A stretch of 64,000 nucleotides of DNA, taken from NCBI GenBank assembly GCA_963674735.2, contig CAXXQS010000001.1, forward strand, positions 1,344,001-1,408,000, read 5' to 3'. Below the pieces are notes generated by a model. It had not been told where the DNA came from and ran no database searches. It saw nothing but the letters and a program-made list of their open reading frames with translations. Source of the DNA: Myxococcota bacterium. Its GTDB lineage: Bacteria; Myxococcota_A; SURF-8. A program made the translations under genes and the position numbers. Numbering within the stretch: position 1 is the first letter of the stretch; each line of letters begins with the position of its first letter. Positions 9,409 to 19,114 of this stretch are shown in pieces.

Positions 9409-9862
9409 ATCACAATTAGCTGTTTTTATGTTTTTTACGCTGCTGTTGGTTTCTCTCGGGCTAACGGCATGTTCGAACGTCAACGAAGATGAGCGGGTTT
9501 ATCCGCTGGAAAACCGTCCGGCTCTTGTCGTCAGCGACTCTTGTCCGCTTGAAGGGCAGGAGGATGTATCGATTGAAGCAGTTATTCGCGTTCGATTCAA
9601 CAAAGCGCTCGATCCCAGCACCGTCACCGAGCGCAACATTCTTTTGGGCAGCGGTCGCTATCATGTCAAAGGAACTGTCATATATGACGACCGACTCGTA
9701 ACCTACATTCCTGTCGAACCGCTATATTCTGAAACGGATTATGCTCTGTACATCAGTTCTGCGGTACGTGACGAGGATGGTTTCTCTTCCTCGCCGGATT
9801 ATGTCGTACTGCGATTTATGACAGGAGACCCCGGGGTTTCAACATGTCGATGGGTGGAATAG
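9389..9862 (+). CDS. Ig-like (Big_5-type) domain lipoprotein
   Basis: Lipobox LTAC; P..GQEDV...IRVRFNKALDPSTV...PLYSETDY pattern. Confidence 0.8.
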   Translation: MATIFHRSQLAVFMFFTLLLVSLGLTACSNVNEDERVYPLENRPALVVSDSCPLEGQEDVSIEAVIRVRFNKALDPSTVTERNILLGSGRYHVKGTVIYDDRLVTYIPVEPLYSETDYALYISSAVRDEDGFSSSPDYVVLRFMTGDPGVSTCRWVE

Positions 9863-9893
9863 CTTTGAATTCTTCTAAATAATGGATAATTAC

Positions 9894-9921
9894 TTGACAC
9901 TGAACCCAATGCCGTTACAAT
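9894..9921 (+). promoter_or_regulatory. Sigma70-type promoter
   Basis: TTGACA-16 bp-TACAAT upstream of the J-domain gene. Confidence 0.6.
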
Positions 9922-9996
9922 ATCACTCCCAACGGAGCGTGGGTCTAAACGACGCGAAATGAACAAAAATGTCACTTAATAGCCCGGGTTGTAGTT

Positions 9997-11538
9997 TTGA
10001 CTAAAACAATTGCCGAAAGGCCGCTTCCCAAAAAGCTTTATCAAGCCTTTCTGGATAGCTTCACCGGATATCTGGACGTATCGAGTCGCGGTCGGGTGTG
10101 GATGAATGCCGGTAATTTAGCCCACATTGAGCTGTCGGGTGGCGGTATATCCTATTCGAATCTTATCGTGCAGTATGGTTTTGCCGATGCATCTCGCATT
10201 GAATCTGTTTTGCAGATGAGCGAGCACAATGTCTCGGACCAGTCTATGTTTTTACACCGCCATGGCGTGATCAATGACGATCAGCTTGAATACATAAAAA
10301 AGCAGAAGATATTCCACGACTTATCTGCCATATTTCAGGTAGATGATGAGGTTTCTACTGTCGCCTTGACGAATATCGATGAAAAAGCGCGAACGAAGGT
10401 GACCGTATTTGAGGCTCTTTTCACAATTTTGCGATTTTTTAGCACGCCCGATCAAATCAGTTTGATGGAAGAGCGTTTAACCGATGTTCTGATTATGCCG
10501 CAGAGCAACCTTCCCTACATTCTTCCGGCTCTGAATTTCGACAGCAATATCTTAACGGCGTTGAAGAATTGGCAAACACCGCGCAGTCGAAACGATTTTT
10601 TCACCATCACCGGGCTTGATATTCGTAGCGGTCTTGCCGTTATCGAACTGTTGAAATTGGTTGATGCTCTGGTTATCAAATCCAGACAGGCGCGATATAC
10701 AGTTGAGGTCGAAGCCGCCCCACAAGAAGATGACCCCATCAAGCAGGCTTCGCAAGCACCGTTGAACTCGCCTTCCGCGTCAGCGAAACCGTCTGGCGCA
10801 GATTCCCCTACCCAATCAAAGAAAGCGGCAAGCCCTACACTCTCAAAAGATGAAAGGGAGTTGAAGGCTGAAATCGAAAAGCGCCTGAAGCTTGGGGAGT
10901 CCTCTAACCCCTTGACGATTCTGGGTGTTCAGGAGAGTTCTTCACCGACGGAAATTAAAGCGGCGTACATGAACTTGGTGCGGCGTCTTCATCCGGACCG
11001 TCTGGGCGGAACGCCTTTGGAATCGCTGAAAGACAAATGCTCGGAGGTCTTCACCAGTATCGGTAATGCGTATCAAATGCTCACGAATGCCGACGAGCGA
11101 AAGCTGTTTATCGAGGCGTTGCATGATCCTATTATCAAAGGCGATATGCATAAATTCGAGATGCGTCGCAGGGCCGATCTCGATATCCAGAAAACGAAAA
11201 TACTCTTTAAAAAACGCGACTACAAAGGCGTGATTCCCCAAGCCGATCATACCTTGGCGATCTTTCCTTACAACCCGGAAATCCTCGCGATGAAGGCTTG
11301 GGCCATTTACAACGTCTCCAAAGATAAAGACGCCGTTTTGTCTGATGTTTTGATGCAATTGGAAAAAGCGCTGAAATTGAATCCACGCACCGAACTCGCG
11401 CATTTCTGCAAAGCGAAGCTGGCACGTATTCAAGGCGACAAAAAGACGGCGATTCTACATTTCAGTATCACCCTCAAGCTGAATCCGAACAACGTAGAAG
11501 CGCAACGCGAACTTCGCTTGCTCAAGGCCCACGACTAG
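9997..11538 (+). CDS. J-domain (DnaJ-like) protein with C-terminal TPR repeats
   Basis: ILGV...EIKAAYMNLVRRLHPDRL (HPD motif), AYQML; TPRs ALKLNP; Pro/Ser linker. Confidence 0.85.
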   Translation: MTKTIAERPLPKKLYQAFLDSFTGYLDVSSRGRVWMNAGNLAHIELSGGGISYSNLIVQYGFADASRIESVLQMSEHNVSDQSMFLHRHGVINDDQLEYIKKQKIFHDLSAIFQVDDEVSTVALTNIDEKARTKVTVFEALFTILRFFSTPDQISLMEERLTDVLIMPQSNLPYILPALNFDSNILTALKNWQTPRSRNDFFTITGLDIRSGLAVIELLKLVDALVIKSRQARYTVEVEAAPQEDDPIKQASQAPLNSPSASAKPSGADSPTQSKKAASPTLSKDERELKAEIEKRLKLGESSNPLTILGVQESSSPTEIKAAYMNLVRRLHPDRLGGTPLESLKDKCSEVFTSIGNAYQMLTNADERKLFIEALHDPIIKGDMHKFEMRRRADLDIQKTKILFKKRDYKGVIPQADHTLAIFPYNPEILAMKAWAIYNVSKDKDAVLSDVLMQLEKALKLNPRTELAHFCKAKLARIQGDKKTAILHFSITLKLNPNNVEAQRELRLLKAHD

Positions 11539-11643
11539 CATCGCGTCTCTAAACAAAATCCCGACTACCAGAAAAGCCGACACCGCAAGAACGAGTGCCG
11601 GGCATTTCTGCCAGCCAATTTACTTTTTGAGATCAAGCCGTTG

Positions 11644-11937
11644 TCAGTCGCCTTCGGGTGGATACCAGGTTTGGAGAATTTCGACAATCTGCTTGGCCTG
11701 TTTGGCACTCGATATGTTGAATTTACTCTGCATCTGGTAGCGCCCGTTGTATTTCTTGTAACGACGGATCGATGCTTTCGGCGCATTGAATTCACCGGAT
11801 TGCCGGTCGACTTCGGCGTATTTGAACATGATGGTGGTCCAACTACCCTTGGTAAGAACCTGCTTGTCCAGTTCCTTGGTTAGGACTTGTCCGTTTTCTT
11901 CGTATTCGATTGTGATTTCGTCAATTGTTTCAGCCAT
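11644..11937 (-). CDS. Small hypothetical protein
   Basis: 97-aa ORF tightly coupled to the upstream PilZ gene; protein-like composition. Confidence 0.8.
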   Translation of the reverse strand: MAETIDEITIEYEENGQVLTKELDKQVLTKGSWTTIMFKYAEVDRQSGEFNAPKASIRRYKKYNGRYQMQSKFNISSAKQAKQIVEILQTWYPPEGD

Positions 11938-11938
11938 A

Positions 11939-12313
11939 CTATCCTCGATCCCCCTGATTTAATAAATGATTTAACTCGGTACGTGCCGCTTCATCCAGCG
12001 GATCGAACGCGATACCCATACCTGGAAGATTCGGGTCCCGGTCCTCATCCCGGTTGAGATTGACCCATACGACGACTCCTGTCAAGTCGAATGCGGCAGA
12101 ATTCGGCATTTCAGGAAAGCGCATGGTCAAACGTTCTCCGATATCAAGGAGAAAATCGGAGGTGAGAAAGGCCCCGCCTTCACTGATGTTATCCGTATCG
12201 AACCAGATTTTGCCGTTCAGATCCTGGCTTTCGCTGATGATGCGAACGTTGAAGGGATGCCTTTCGAATTGCCGACGGCTTTCTTTAGGGGTGCTCTGTT
12301 CAGATCCGCTCAT
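11939..12313 (-). CDS. PilZ domain protein
   Basis: RRQFER (RxxxR) and NISEGG ([DN]xSxxG) motifs; GVVVW...GMGIAF. Confidence 0.9.
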   Translation of the reverse strand: MSGSEQSTPKESRRQFERHPFNVRIISESQDLNGKIWFDTDNISEGGAFLTSDFLLDIGERLTMRFPEMPNSAAFDLTGVVVWVNLNRDEDRDPNLPGMGIAFDPLDEAARTELNHLLNQGDRG

Positions 12314-12315
12314 GC

Positions 12316-13140
12316 CTATTTCCCTTGGTAATTTGGCGCTTTTCGCGCGGCAAAGGCTGCAATGGCTTCCATCAGGTCTTCCGATGGCAGAATCGGGGTA
12401 TTACGCGCCGCCACATATTCCAGGGTGTCCTGGATGGGCCGCCCACGATTCCAGTTCATCACTTCTTTGGAAGCCTGAACGGCAAGTGGCGCGTTGGCGA
12501 CAATTTTTTTCGCCATCTCTTCCGCCGCTTCGAGCAGTTGTTCACGGGTTTCGTAAACATCGTTGACCAGGCCGATCCGGAAGGCGCGGTCGACATCGAT
12601 GTCTTCGGCAGTAAAGGCCAATTGCCGAGTGTGTCCTTCGCCGATAATGTACGGCAGGCGCTGCAAACTGCCGAGGTCGGCCATGATCGCCACTTTCGCT
12701 TCTCGTAGTGAAAAGGTGGCATCCTGGGCCGCCAGACGAATATCGCAGGCGGCGGCCAGATCCAGACCACCTCCGATGCACCAGCCGTGAATGGCGGCGA
12801 TAACCGGTTTGCGGCATTTTTCGACCGACGTAATCGCTTCCTGGAAACGGCGAATCATACGCAGAACGCGCGGTTTGCTGGCTGCCGGAGCCGGAATGGC
12901 CATCAGAGACGGTTCCAGGCTAGCGAAAGCCATCAGGTCCAAGCCGGCACAGAACGCGCGACCTTCTCCGAAAAGAACCACGGCTCGCACTTCGTCGTTA
13001 TCTTCGATTTCATCGAAAGACGCCACTAAATCATCCTGGAATGTCGCTCCCATGGCATTGAGTTTCTTGGGATTATCCAGGATCACATGGGCGATGTGTT
13101 CCTTGATTTCAACACGAATTACAGCGGCGGTTTCGGTCAT
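12316..13140 (-). CDS. Crotonase/enoyl-CoA hydratase family (dienoyl-CoA isomerase-like)
   Basis: AFCAGLDL, KPVIAAIHGWCIGGGLDL, ADLGSLQRLP. Confidence 0.92.
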   Translation of the reverse strand: MTETAAVIRVEIKEHIAHVILDNPKKLNAMGATFQDDLVASFDEIEDNDEVRAVVLFGEGRAFCAGLDLMAFASLEPSLMAIPAPAASKPRVLRMIRRFQEAITSVEKCRKPVIAAIHGWCIGGGLDLAAACDIRLAAQDATFSLREAKVAIMADLGSLQRLPYIIGEGHTRQLAFTAEDIDVDRAFRIGLVNDVYETREQLLEAAEEMAKKIVANAPLAVQASKEVMNWNRGRPIQDTLEYVAARNTPILPSEDLMEAIAAFAARKAPNYQGK

Positions 13141-13223
13141 GACGTCCTCCTTGAAAATTCTTAGTCCGAAGTATATCGGGCGCAGCTCTTTCGGGCAAGC
13201 GTTATGCTAAAAAATCCAAGACG

Positions 13224-13251
13224 TTGACCCTGCAAGTCAAAAGAGTATAAT
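13224..13251 (+). promoter_or_regulatory. Sigma70-type promoter
   Basis: TTGACC-16 bp-TATAAT upstream of the HAD-gammaCA-lptD genes. Confidence 0.6.
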
Positions 13252-13282
13252 CAGCCGAAATCGACCTTTAAAGGATTGGGAC

Positions 13283-13954
13283 ATGCTTGAAGCGGTTTTC
13301 TTCGATATGGACAACACCCTCGTGAATTCCGAATGGGCGGCGGCGCGTGCCGTCCGAAATGCCTTGGCCCGTTACGGAAGAGAACTGTCCAAGGCGGACG
13401 AAGAAGCCGTGATCGGCCTGCCTTGGGAAACGATTTTCGCGAACACTGTTAGAGATTACAGCTTGCCGATTGGAATCGAGCGGCTTCGCGATGAGATCCT
13501 GGCGGAAAAAGCCGCAATTTTGGAAGGCAACTTAACGGCATTGCCGGGAGCCGTCGAGGCCGTCAAACTTTGTGCCCAACACTGGCCGGTGGCGGTGGTC
13601 TCGGGCAGTTATCGCCGTGAAATCGATGAGACACTTAGCCAAATCGGGGTGCAGGAATGGGTCCGGTTTTTTGTCGCCAATGATGATATTTCTCCCGGCA
13701 AACCCGCCCCCGATCCCTATTTGGAGGCCGCGCGGCAACTCGGGGTGGATCCTACGCGATGCCTGGTCTTCGAAGACAGCGAAATGGGCGTTTGCTCGGC
13801 GAAAGCGGCCGGGATGACCTGCGTGGCGGTCGCATACGCCAATGAAACCGGGATGGATCTGGGCGGGGCGGACCTGGTGATTCCCTCTTTGGAAACCGTA
13901 ACGAACGAGTGGTTGGAGACGATGCCATGGAATACAGAGGCGACGGGAAATTAA
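13283..13954 (+). CDS. HAD family phosphatase (subfamily IA)
   Basis: FDMDNTL, GKPAPDPY, VFEDS motifs. Confidence 0.92.
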   Translation: MLEAVFFDMDNTLVNSEWAAARAVRNALARYGRELSKADEEAVIGLPWETIFANTVRDYSLPIGIERLRDEILAEKAAILEGNLTALPGAVEAVKLCAQHWPVAVVSGSYRREIDETLSQIGVQEWVRFFVANDDISPGKPAPDPYLEAARQLGVDPTRCLVFEDSEMGVCSAKAAGMTCVAVAYANETGMDLGGADLVIPSLETVTNEWLETMPWNTEATGN

Positions 13955-14469
13955 TCGAATACAACCGCATTACGCCCAGCCTGGGACCGGGCTGCTGCCT
14001 GTTCGACGGTGCGTCGGTGATCGGTGATGTGGTTCTCGGCGATGCGTGCTCGGTGTGGTTCAATACCGTAATCCGTGGGGATGTGAACCAAATCCGGATC
14101 GGATCGAAAACCAATATTCAAGACTTGAGCATGATCCACTGCACCACCGCCAAATATCCCACCCTTATCGGCGACGAGGTGACGATCGGCCATAAGGCGA
14201 TGATTCACGGAGCCATTATCGATCAAAGAGTGCTGGTGGGTATGGGAGCCATTATTCTCGACAATGCACATATCCGTGAAAACACGATTATCGGGGCGGG
14301 TTCGCTGGTTTTGCAGAACTCCGACTTTCCCCCGAATGTTTTGGTTGTCGGATCTCCGGCTCGGGTCAAGCGCGAGTTACGTCAAGACGAGATCGACATG
14401 TTTGCCTGGACGGCCGACCACTACAAACATCTGGCCGACAACTACTTCGAAAAAGGCATCTATCCATAA
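13927..14469 (+). CDS. Gamma carbonic anhydrase family protein
   Basis: VIRGDVNQIRIG..TNIQD..MIH, TIGH..MIHG; hexapeptide repeats. Confidence 0.92.
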   Translation: MEYRGDGKLIEYNRITPSLGPGCCLFDGASVIGDVVLGDACSVWFNTVIRGDVNQIRIGSKTNIQDLSMIHCTTAKYPTLIGDEVTIGHKAMIHGAIIDQRVLVGMGAIILDNAHIRENTIIGAGSLVLQNSDFPPNVLVVGSPARVKRELRQDEIDMFAWTADHYKHLADNYFEKGIYP

Positions 14470-16782
14470 ATGCTCATGAATTCGAGACACCGCGCTCTAT
14501 GCGGGACGTGCCTTGTCGGGTTGTTGTGGCTTTTCGTTTTTCGTGTAAACGTTTCGGCTGCGGAAGCTCTGAACCTTGAATCGCTTACTCCTGAAAACCT
14601 TCTCCTGCGCGCCGAACGCCTGGTGCATGATCCCGCCAACGGAACCGTCGACGCCGAAGGGATGGCGATTGTCGAAGCGGGCGAATGGCTGGTATCGGCT
14701 AACCACATCCTCCTGAATCTACATACCGGCGCTCTCGATTTCGATGGGCACGTCCACCTGCAAGGTCCGGGGACGTCGCTTCGATCTGAAAGTCTGCATC
14801 TTGAGGCCGCAGGCAAGCAATGGCGTGTTAGCGGGATGTGGCTGGTTGTTTGCGAAGGATCGGATAGCCGTTGCGAGACGGCGAAGCGAAAACGATTTCA
14901 GGTTAAGAGCGCGTTGCTTGAACGATCCGAGGATGGTCGGTGGCAACTCACCGATGTGTGGTTTTCCCCATGCGACTGTAGAAATGATGCACCGAGCTGG
15001 GCGATGCGCTGCGAAAAAGCGGATTTGCACGAGAACGAACGAGTGCGACTCACGCGGCCGGTTCTCGAAGTGAAGGGGACGCCGGTTTTCGCCTTGCCTT
15101 ATGCCGAAATTCCACTCAGTCAACGGCGTTCCGGTTTTCTCGCCCCCTCGTTCGGTTATAGCGACACACTGGGTTTTGTTGCGGCCGAGGATTACTTCTG
15201 GGCAACCAGCCGACAAAACGATCTGACGTTCGGCTTGCTGGGTGCGACTGAAAAAGGCGTGAAACCAGCGGGAGAATTTCGATACGAAAGGACGCGCCTG
15301 TCGGGGCGAGTCGGCGCGGCTTATTTATACGACCTCCAGGGCGATCGGGAAGACGTCGCCACCCATCGTTTCGATTTCAGGTGGTGGCAAGACTGGCGGC
15401 CTCTACGTGGATTGCGCCAGAAATCGGATCTGACCTTGATTTCGGATGCGGATATGCAGGGTGATTTCGCGCGTGATTGGCGCAGCCGCGAGTCCGATTG
15501 GGTGGAGAATCGCCTGCAGATTCATACGGAAAACGAGACTTTCTTCGCGGGTGTCGAATTCGGTTTGATGCAGGAACGCTTCAGTGCCGTCGAAGCCGAC
15601 GGCCAGTTGTGGTCCCGTCGCGCATTGAACCAACCTGCGACGCTGCCCATGGTTCGGTTGAGTCTACCGGCGCATCCCTTTTTCGGCGGGGGATTACTCG
15701 TTTCGTCCGAGGTGGAGGCCGCCTGGATGACGCGGACCTCGGGCCGTTATGATGACGTGGGGCGGGATGGATTCCCTTACGACGCGCTCGACGAACGATT
15801 GGCGGATTCCGACCGAAGCGAGGGTGACAACCGTTTTCAAACGGGTGAGCCGGTGGCCGAGGCGGGGCGCTTTACCTTTCGCGAAAGGCTGTATTCGCCC
15901 GTGTCGTTCGGTCGCTTTGCACAACTGATTTTCGATGGAGGACTGGCTGCCAGCGGTTATTGGCTGACGGCCGATCACGACGAACAAGCGGGCGACGTGT
16001 GGGGCGATGCCGGGGCGACGCTTTCGTCTTCTCTTTATCGCTTATTCGATCTGCCCAGGGAAAAACGGTTCAAGCACGAAATGACGGCCTGGCTGTCGTG
16101 GCATAGCGTGCTTTTCGACGAACAGGCGGGAGCGATACAAGGCGAAACCTTGCGGTATTTGTCGCCCCTCGATTTTCGTGTAGCGCCGCATCGCGGTGAT
16201 GTGGGGATACGGCAGCGATTCGTTTTTTCGAAACAAAACGAGACAGGGTCAACCGTCAGCGCGGATCTGCTGATCTCCCAGGGGGTCTTTGCAGACTCGG
16301 CTACCCGTGAAAAAATGGATGGGATTTTAGATGATACTCAGGCGGCCCTCGATCTGCATTCCAAACACGTCATGTTTCATAGCGATCTCGGTATCCGCTG
16401 GACCGATCCCGGAATCGGCAGCGCCACAACCTGGCTCGATCTCGGACCGCTTCAAGGGATGTCGTTGCGGGGAGGGCATTCCTACCTGGCACCCGGCCCT
16501 GCTAAAGGCCGTTGGATCGAGCAATGGCGCGAAACGCCATCCGAGGGCATCCATGCTTTGATGATGGAGCCGAGTTATTCGTATCGCAACATCATAACCG
16601 CCTCCTATGGTGTCGATGTCTCACTGGCGGCGTTTGCGTTGGTCGAGCAGGTTTGGCGGTTGGGCTATCGCTCTCCCTGCCGTTGCTGGCGGGCCGATCT
16701 GTCCATTTATCACCGGCCCGGGCAAACCGCGCCGGACGTCTATTTCAGCCTTGACCTGACGCCGTTTCTGGATGGGGGTTGA
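14470..16782 (+). CDS. lptD: LPS-assembly protein LptD
   Basis: N-terminal beta-jellyroll, FSPCDC, PVFALPY..P...RRSGFLAP, C-terminal Y..PCRCW barrel end. Confidence 0.8.
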   Translation: MLMNSRHRALCGTCLVGLLWLFVFRVNVSAAEALNLESLTPENLLLRAERLVHDPANGTVDAEGMAIVEAGEWLVSANHILLNLHTGALDFDGHVHLQGPGTSLRSESLHLEAAGKQWRVSGMWLVVCEGSDSRCETAKRKRFQVKSALLERSEDGRWQLTDVWFSPCDCRNDAPSWAMRCEKADLHENERVRLTRPVLEVKGTPVFALPYAEIPLSQRRSGFLAPSFGYSDTLGFVAAEDYFWATSRQNDLTFGLLGATEKGVKPAGEFRYERTRLSGRVGAAYLYDLQGDREDVATHRFDFRWWQDWRPLRGLRQKSDLTLISDADMQGDFARDWRSRESDWVENRLQIHTENETFFAGVEFGLMQERFSAVEADGQLWSRRALNQPATLPMVRLSLPAHPFFGGGLLVSSEVEAAWMTRTSGRYDDVGRDGFPYDALDERLADSDRSEGDNRFQTGEPVAEAGRFTFRERLYSPVSFGRFAQLIFDGGLAASGYWLTADHDEQAGDVWGDAGATLSSSLYRLFDLPREKRFKHEMTAWLSWHSVLFDEQAGAIQGETLRYLSPLDFRVAPHRGDVGIRQRFVFSKQNETGSTVSADLLISQGVFADSATREKMDGILDDTQAALDLHSKHVMFHSDLGIRWTDPGIGSATTWLDLGPLQGMSLRGGHSYLAPGPAKGRWIEQWRETPSEGIHALMMEPSYSYRNIITASYGVDVSLAAFALVEQVWRLGYRSPCRCWRADLSIYHRPGQTAPDVYFSLDLTPFLDGG

Positions 16783-16835
16783 TTGGTCTGAAACGGAAGT
16801 TGCTGGGGACCGGCGGATGAAACGTCATTCAACAC

Positions 16836-17504
16836 CTACTTGTAGCTCTTCATGTCCAACTTGAACAAATACTCGATACCGTCCGGCGTTTTCTCGAAGC
16901 TGGCGTAGAAACGACCCGTGACCGTCATGGTGATAACGCTGCGGTAAAGCAGCTCACGATCGACCTGCAGGGCTTCATCGGTCGACTCGATGTAGATCAG
17001 GTCAGCGAGGGTAGGGGGATTGCAGAAAACGCAGCCCGCCATGACCACCGAGGGATTGCACAACCAGAAGCGTGTCATTTTGCCGTCTTTTCCGGGAGAA
17101 TCGATCGGCATGATCGCACCGGTGATGGTCACCGCCGCTCCGTGGATGCGCGGGAGTCCCTGCTCAAAAAATGTTTTATGAATTTTGTAGTATTGATAAT
17201 TGAGAGTGAGGTTGCGAAACGTCAACGTCTTCGGATTTTTCCAGTCCGGTTCCAGTAATTTTAGCGTTTGCTGCGGTTTATCGACATGCCCGCGAGCACG
17301 TAAGACGGCATCGGTTCCATGCTTTTTCACGCGTGTTTCGAATGCATCGGCCGGAGGATTCAGAGACCGGGAGTCGTTTTGATTGATAAAAAGACTGAGG
17401 CTGTTCGAAAACGGATTTGCATAGGCCGCAACCGACTGACAGAGAAACAAAACGACAAAGACCGTGAGCGTTGAAAGGGGAATCGACAAGCGGGAGTCCG
17501 GCAT
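16836..17504 (-). CDS. Exported hypothetical protein, DUF3299-like
   Basis: Signal peptide; VTITGAIMP...F.L....AGCVFCNPP pattern. Confidence 0.6.
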   Translation of the reverse strand: MPDSRLSIPLSTLTVFVVLFLCQSVAAYANPFSNSLSLFINQNDSRSLNPPADAFETRVKKHGTDAVLRARGHVDKPQQTLKLLEPDWKNPKTLTFRNLTLNYQYYKIHKTFFEQGLPRIHGAAVTITGAIMPIDSPGKDGKMTRFWLCNPSVVMAGCVFCNPPTLADLIYIESTDEALQVDRELLYRSVITMTVTGRFYASFEKTPDGIEYLFKLDMKSYK

Positions 17505-17704
17505 TTTCAGGTAATCCTTTCTGGAAACGGCGATGATCCGACATGATTGGTAACATGTCATTCTCGCGAAGTATTCCGCGAGCGGTCGGCATTATAGGTC
17601 TCGGAATGGCTGTATGCAAGTGGGTTATCGATAAAATCACGACGATTGAGTTTGACGAATCGGGTTTCGAGCCGCAATATAACAGTCGTGAAAGCGAGGC
17701 ATGT

Positions 17705-19003
17705 ATGAATCGAACGCGGCGCGTCGCCAAATCTGTATCCTATAGGAATTACGAGGATTTCGCCGTTGTCATCGAGCATCGGAGCGGCAAAACCTTACGC
17801 TTGAATCGCAGTGGGGGGAACTTGCTGGAGCGAGTCGAGAGGAGGGAGACCATCGATGACCCGGATGAACTCGACTTTCTCGCCGATCTCTCACGACTCG
17901 GTATTATTGAGGATGGTCGCGTTAAACCTAGCGCGCATACGGATCGACGCTCTCCCGATAATGAAGAAAATGAGCCGAAAATTCTGCGCGAGTTGCGCGA
18001 TTACGCGTCTCAACGACTGATACCGATTCAGGCACAAATCGAGTTGACCTACCGCTGCCCGCTGAATTGTCAGCATTGTTACCTAAAAGGAGAGCGTCGC
18101 GAACGAGCGGAAGAGCTATCGACGGATGAAACAAAGGCCTTTCTCGATGACTTCTCCGAAATGGGCGGCTTGTTCGTTGTTTTCACCGGCGGGGAACCCT
18201 TTCTGCGGAACGACCTCTCGGAGATATTCCAACATGCACGGAAACGCCGGCTGGCGGTATCGATTCTAACATCCGGGAACGGCATTCAAAACGGATTGAT
18301 CGAGGAAATGGCGGCTTGGGGTATCGATTCGGCCCAGGTCTCGCTTCATGCACCGGACGCGGAAGATCACGACCGTTTCACCGGTTTGGCGGGCTCTTTC
18401 GACAATGCCTGGAAAACACTGCTCACATTTCGTGACAACGGGGTTCCGGTGCGAGCGGCCATCAGCGTAAATAAACTGAACGTCGCCCGGATCGGCGAAC
18501 TGGTCAGCCAGCTTCAGGATCGACAGATTCCATACAATTTCAATCTGAACATGTTGCCATGCCGCAACGGCGATTTTCATCCGCGCGATCTTCAGATCGA
18601 GGAGAAGGAGCTTTCCGCGATAATCGAGCGTTTCGGGGGGCGCGGGACTCCCAGAATGAAGGAGCTTCGAGCAGACGATCCGCCCTGCACGGCTGGAAGA
18701 GGCATTGTTTCAGTCGATCCTTATGGAAATATCTATCCGTGTTTGATGTGGCGTCAGCCGAAAGGAAACCTGAAACAACGTTCGTTCGAGACGATCTGGA
18801 ATGACGTCCACGTTTGGGAGGAGGTTCGGTCCCTGACTTTGCAGGATGTGGATGATTGCCTGGAATGCGAACGGCGACCGTTTTGCAATCGCTGCACCGG
18901 TTTAGCGCTGATGGAAAATCTATCGATGAAAAGCCATTCCGCACTTGACTGCCGCCAAGCGGGTGTGCTAGAGTCTATAACTAGTAAAAAGACGGAAAGG
19001 TAG
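17705..19003 (+). CDS. Radical SAM/SPASM enzyme with an N-terminal PqqD-like RRE domain (peptide maturase)
   Basis: ELTYRCPLNCQHC, FTGGEP; SPASM CTAG...DPYGNIYPC...CLEC..PFCNRC; N-terminal LNRSG..LLE...DFLADLSRLGII is RRE-like; ATG 17705 follows GAGG. Confidence 0.9.
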   Translation: MNRTRRVAKSVSYRNYEDFAVVIEHRSGKTLRLNRSGGNLLERVERRETIDDPDELDFLADLSRLGIIEDGRVKPSAHTDRRSPDNEENEPKILRELRDYASQRLIPIQAQIELTYRCPLNCQHCYLKGERRERAEELSTDETKAFLDDFSEMGGLFVVFTGGEPFLRNDLSEIFQHARKRRLAVSILTSGNGIQNGLIEEMAAWGIDSAQVSLHAPDAEDHDRFTGLAGSFDNAWKTLLTFRDNGVPVRAAISVNKLNVARIGELVSQLQDRQIPYNFNLNMLPCRNGDFHPRDLQIEEKELSAIIERFGGRGTPRMKELRADDPPCTAGRGIVSVDPYGNIYPCLMWRQPKGNLKQRSFETIWNDVHVWEEVRSLTLQDVDDCLECERRPFCNRCTGLALMENLSMKSHSALDCRQAGVLESITSKKTER

Positions 19004-19011
19004 GTAGCTCG

Positions 19012-19104
19012 ATGGATAAACCCGTTATTGAAACTGTTGAAACCACGCAAACCACCGATACCACGGACGATTGCCAGTACTGCGCCGGAAAGACACTCTG
19101 CTGA
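19012..19104 (+). CDS. 30-aa candidate RiPP precursor peptide MDKPVIETVETTQTTDTTDDCQYCAGKTLC
   Basis: Below the ORF-track cutoff. Starts 8 bp after the rSAM stop, with AGGTAGGT upstream, and fills the intergenic gap; KPxI leader plus a Cys-containing C-terminus. Confidence 0.8.
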   Translation: MDKPVIETVETTQTTDTTDDCQYCAGKTLC

Positions 19105-19114
19105 ACGCTTGCCT

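Noticed and set aside
17705-19104. PQQ, mycofactocin or heme (NirJ/Ahb) biosynthesis
   Set aside because: No pqqB/C, mft or ahb/nir neighbours; the peptide lacks the PqqA ExxxY and MftA IDGxCGVY motifs.
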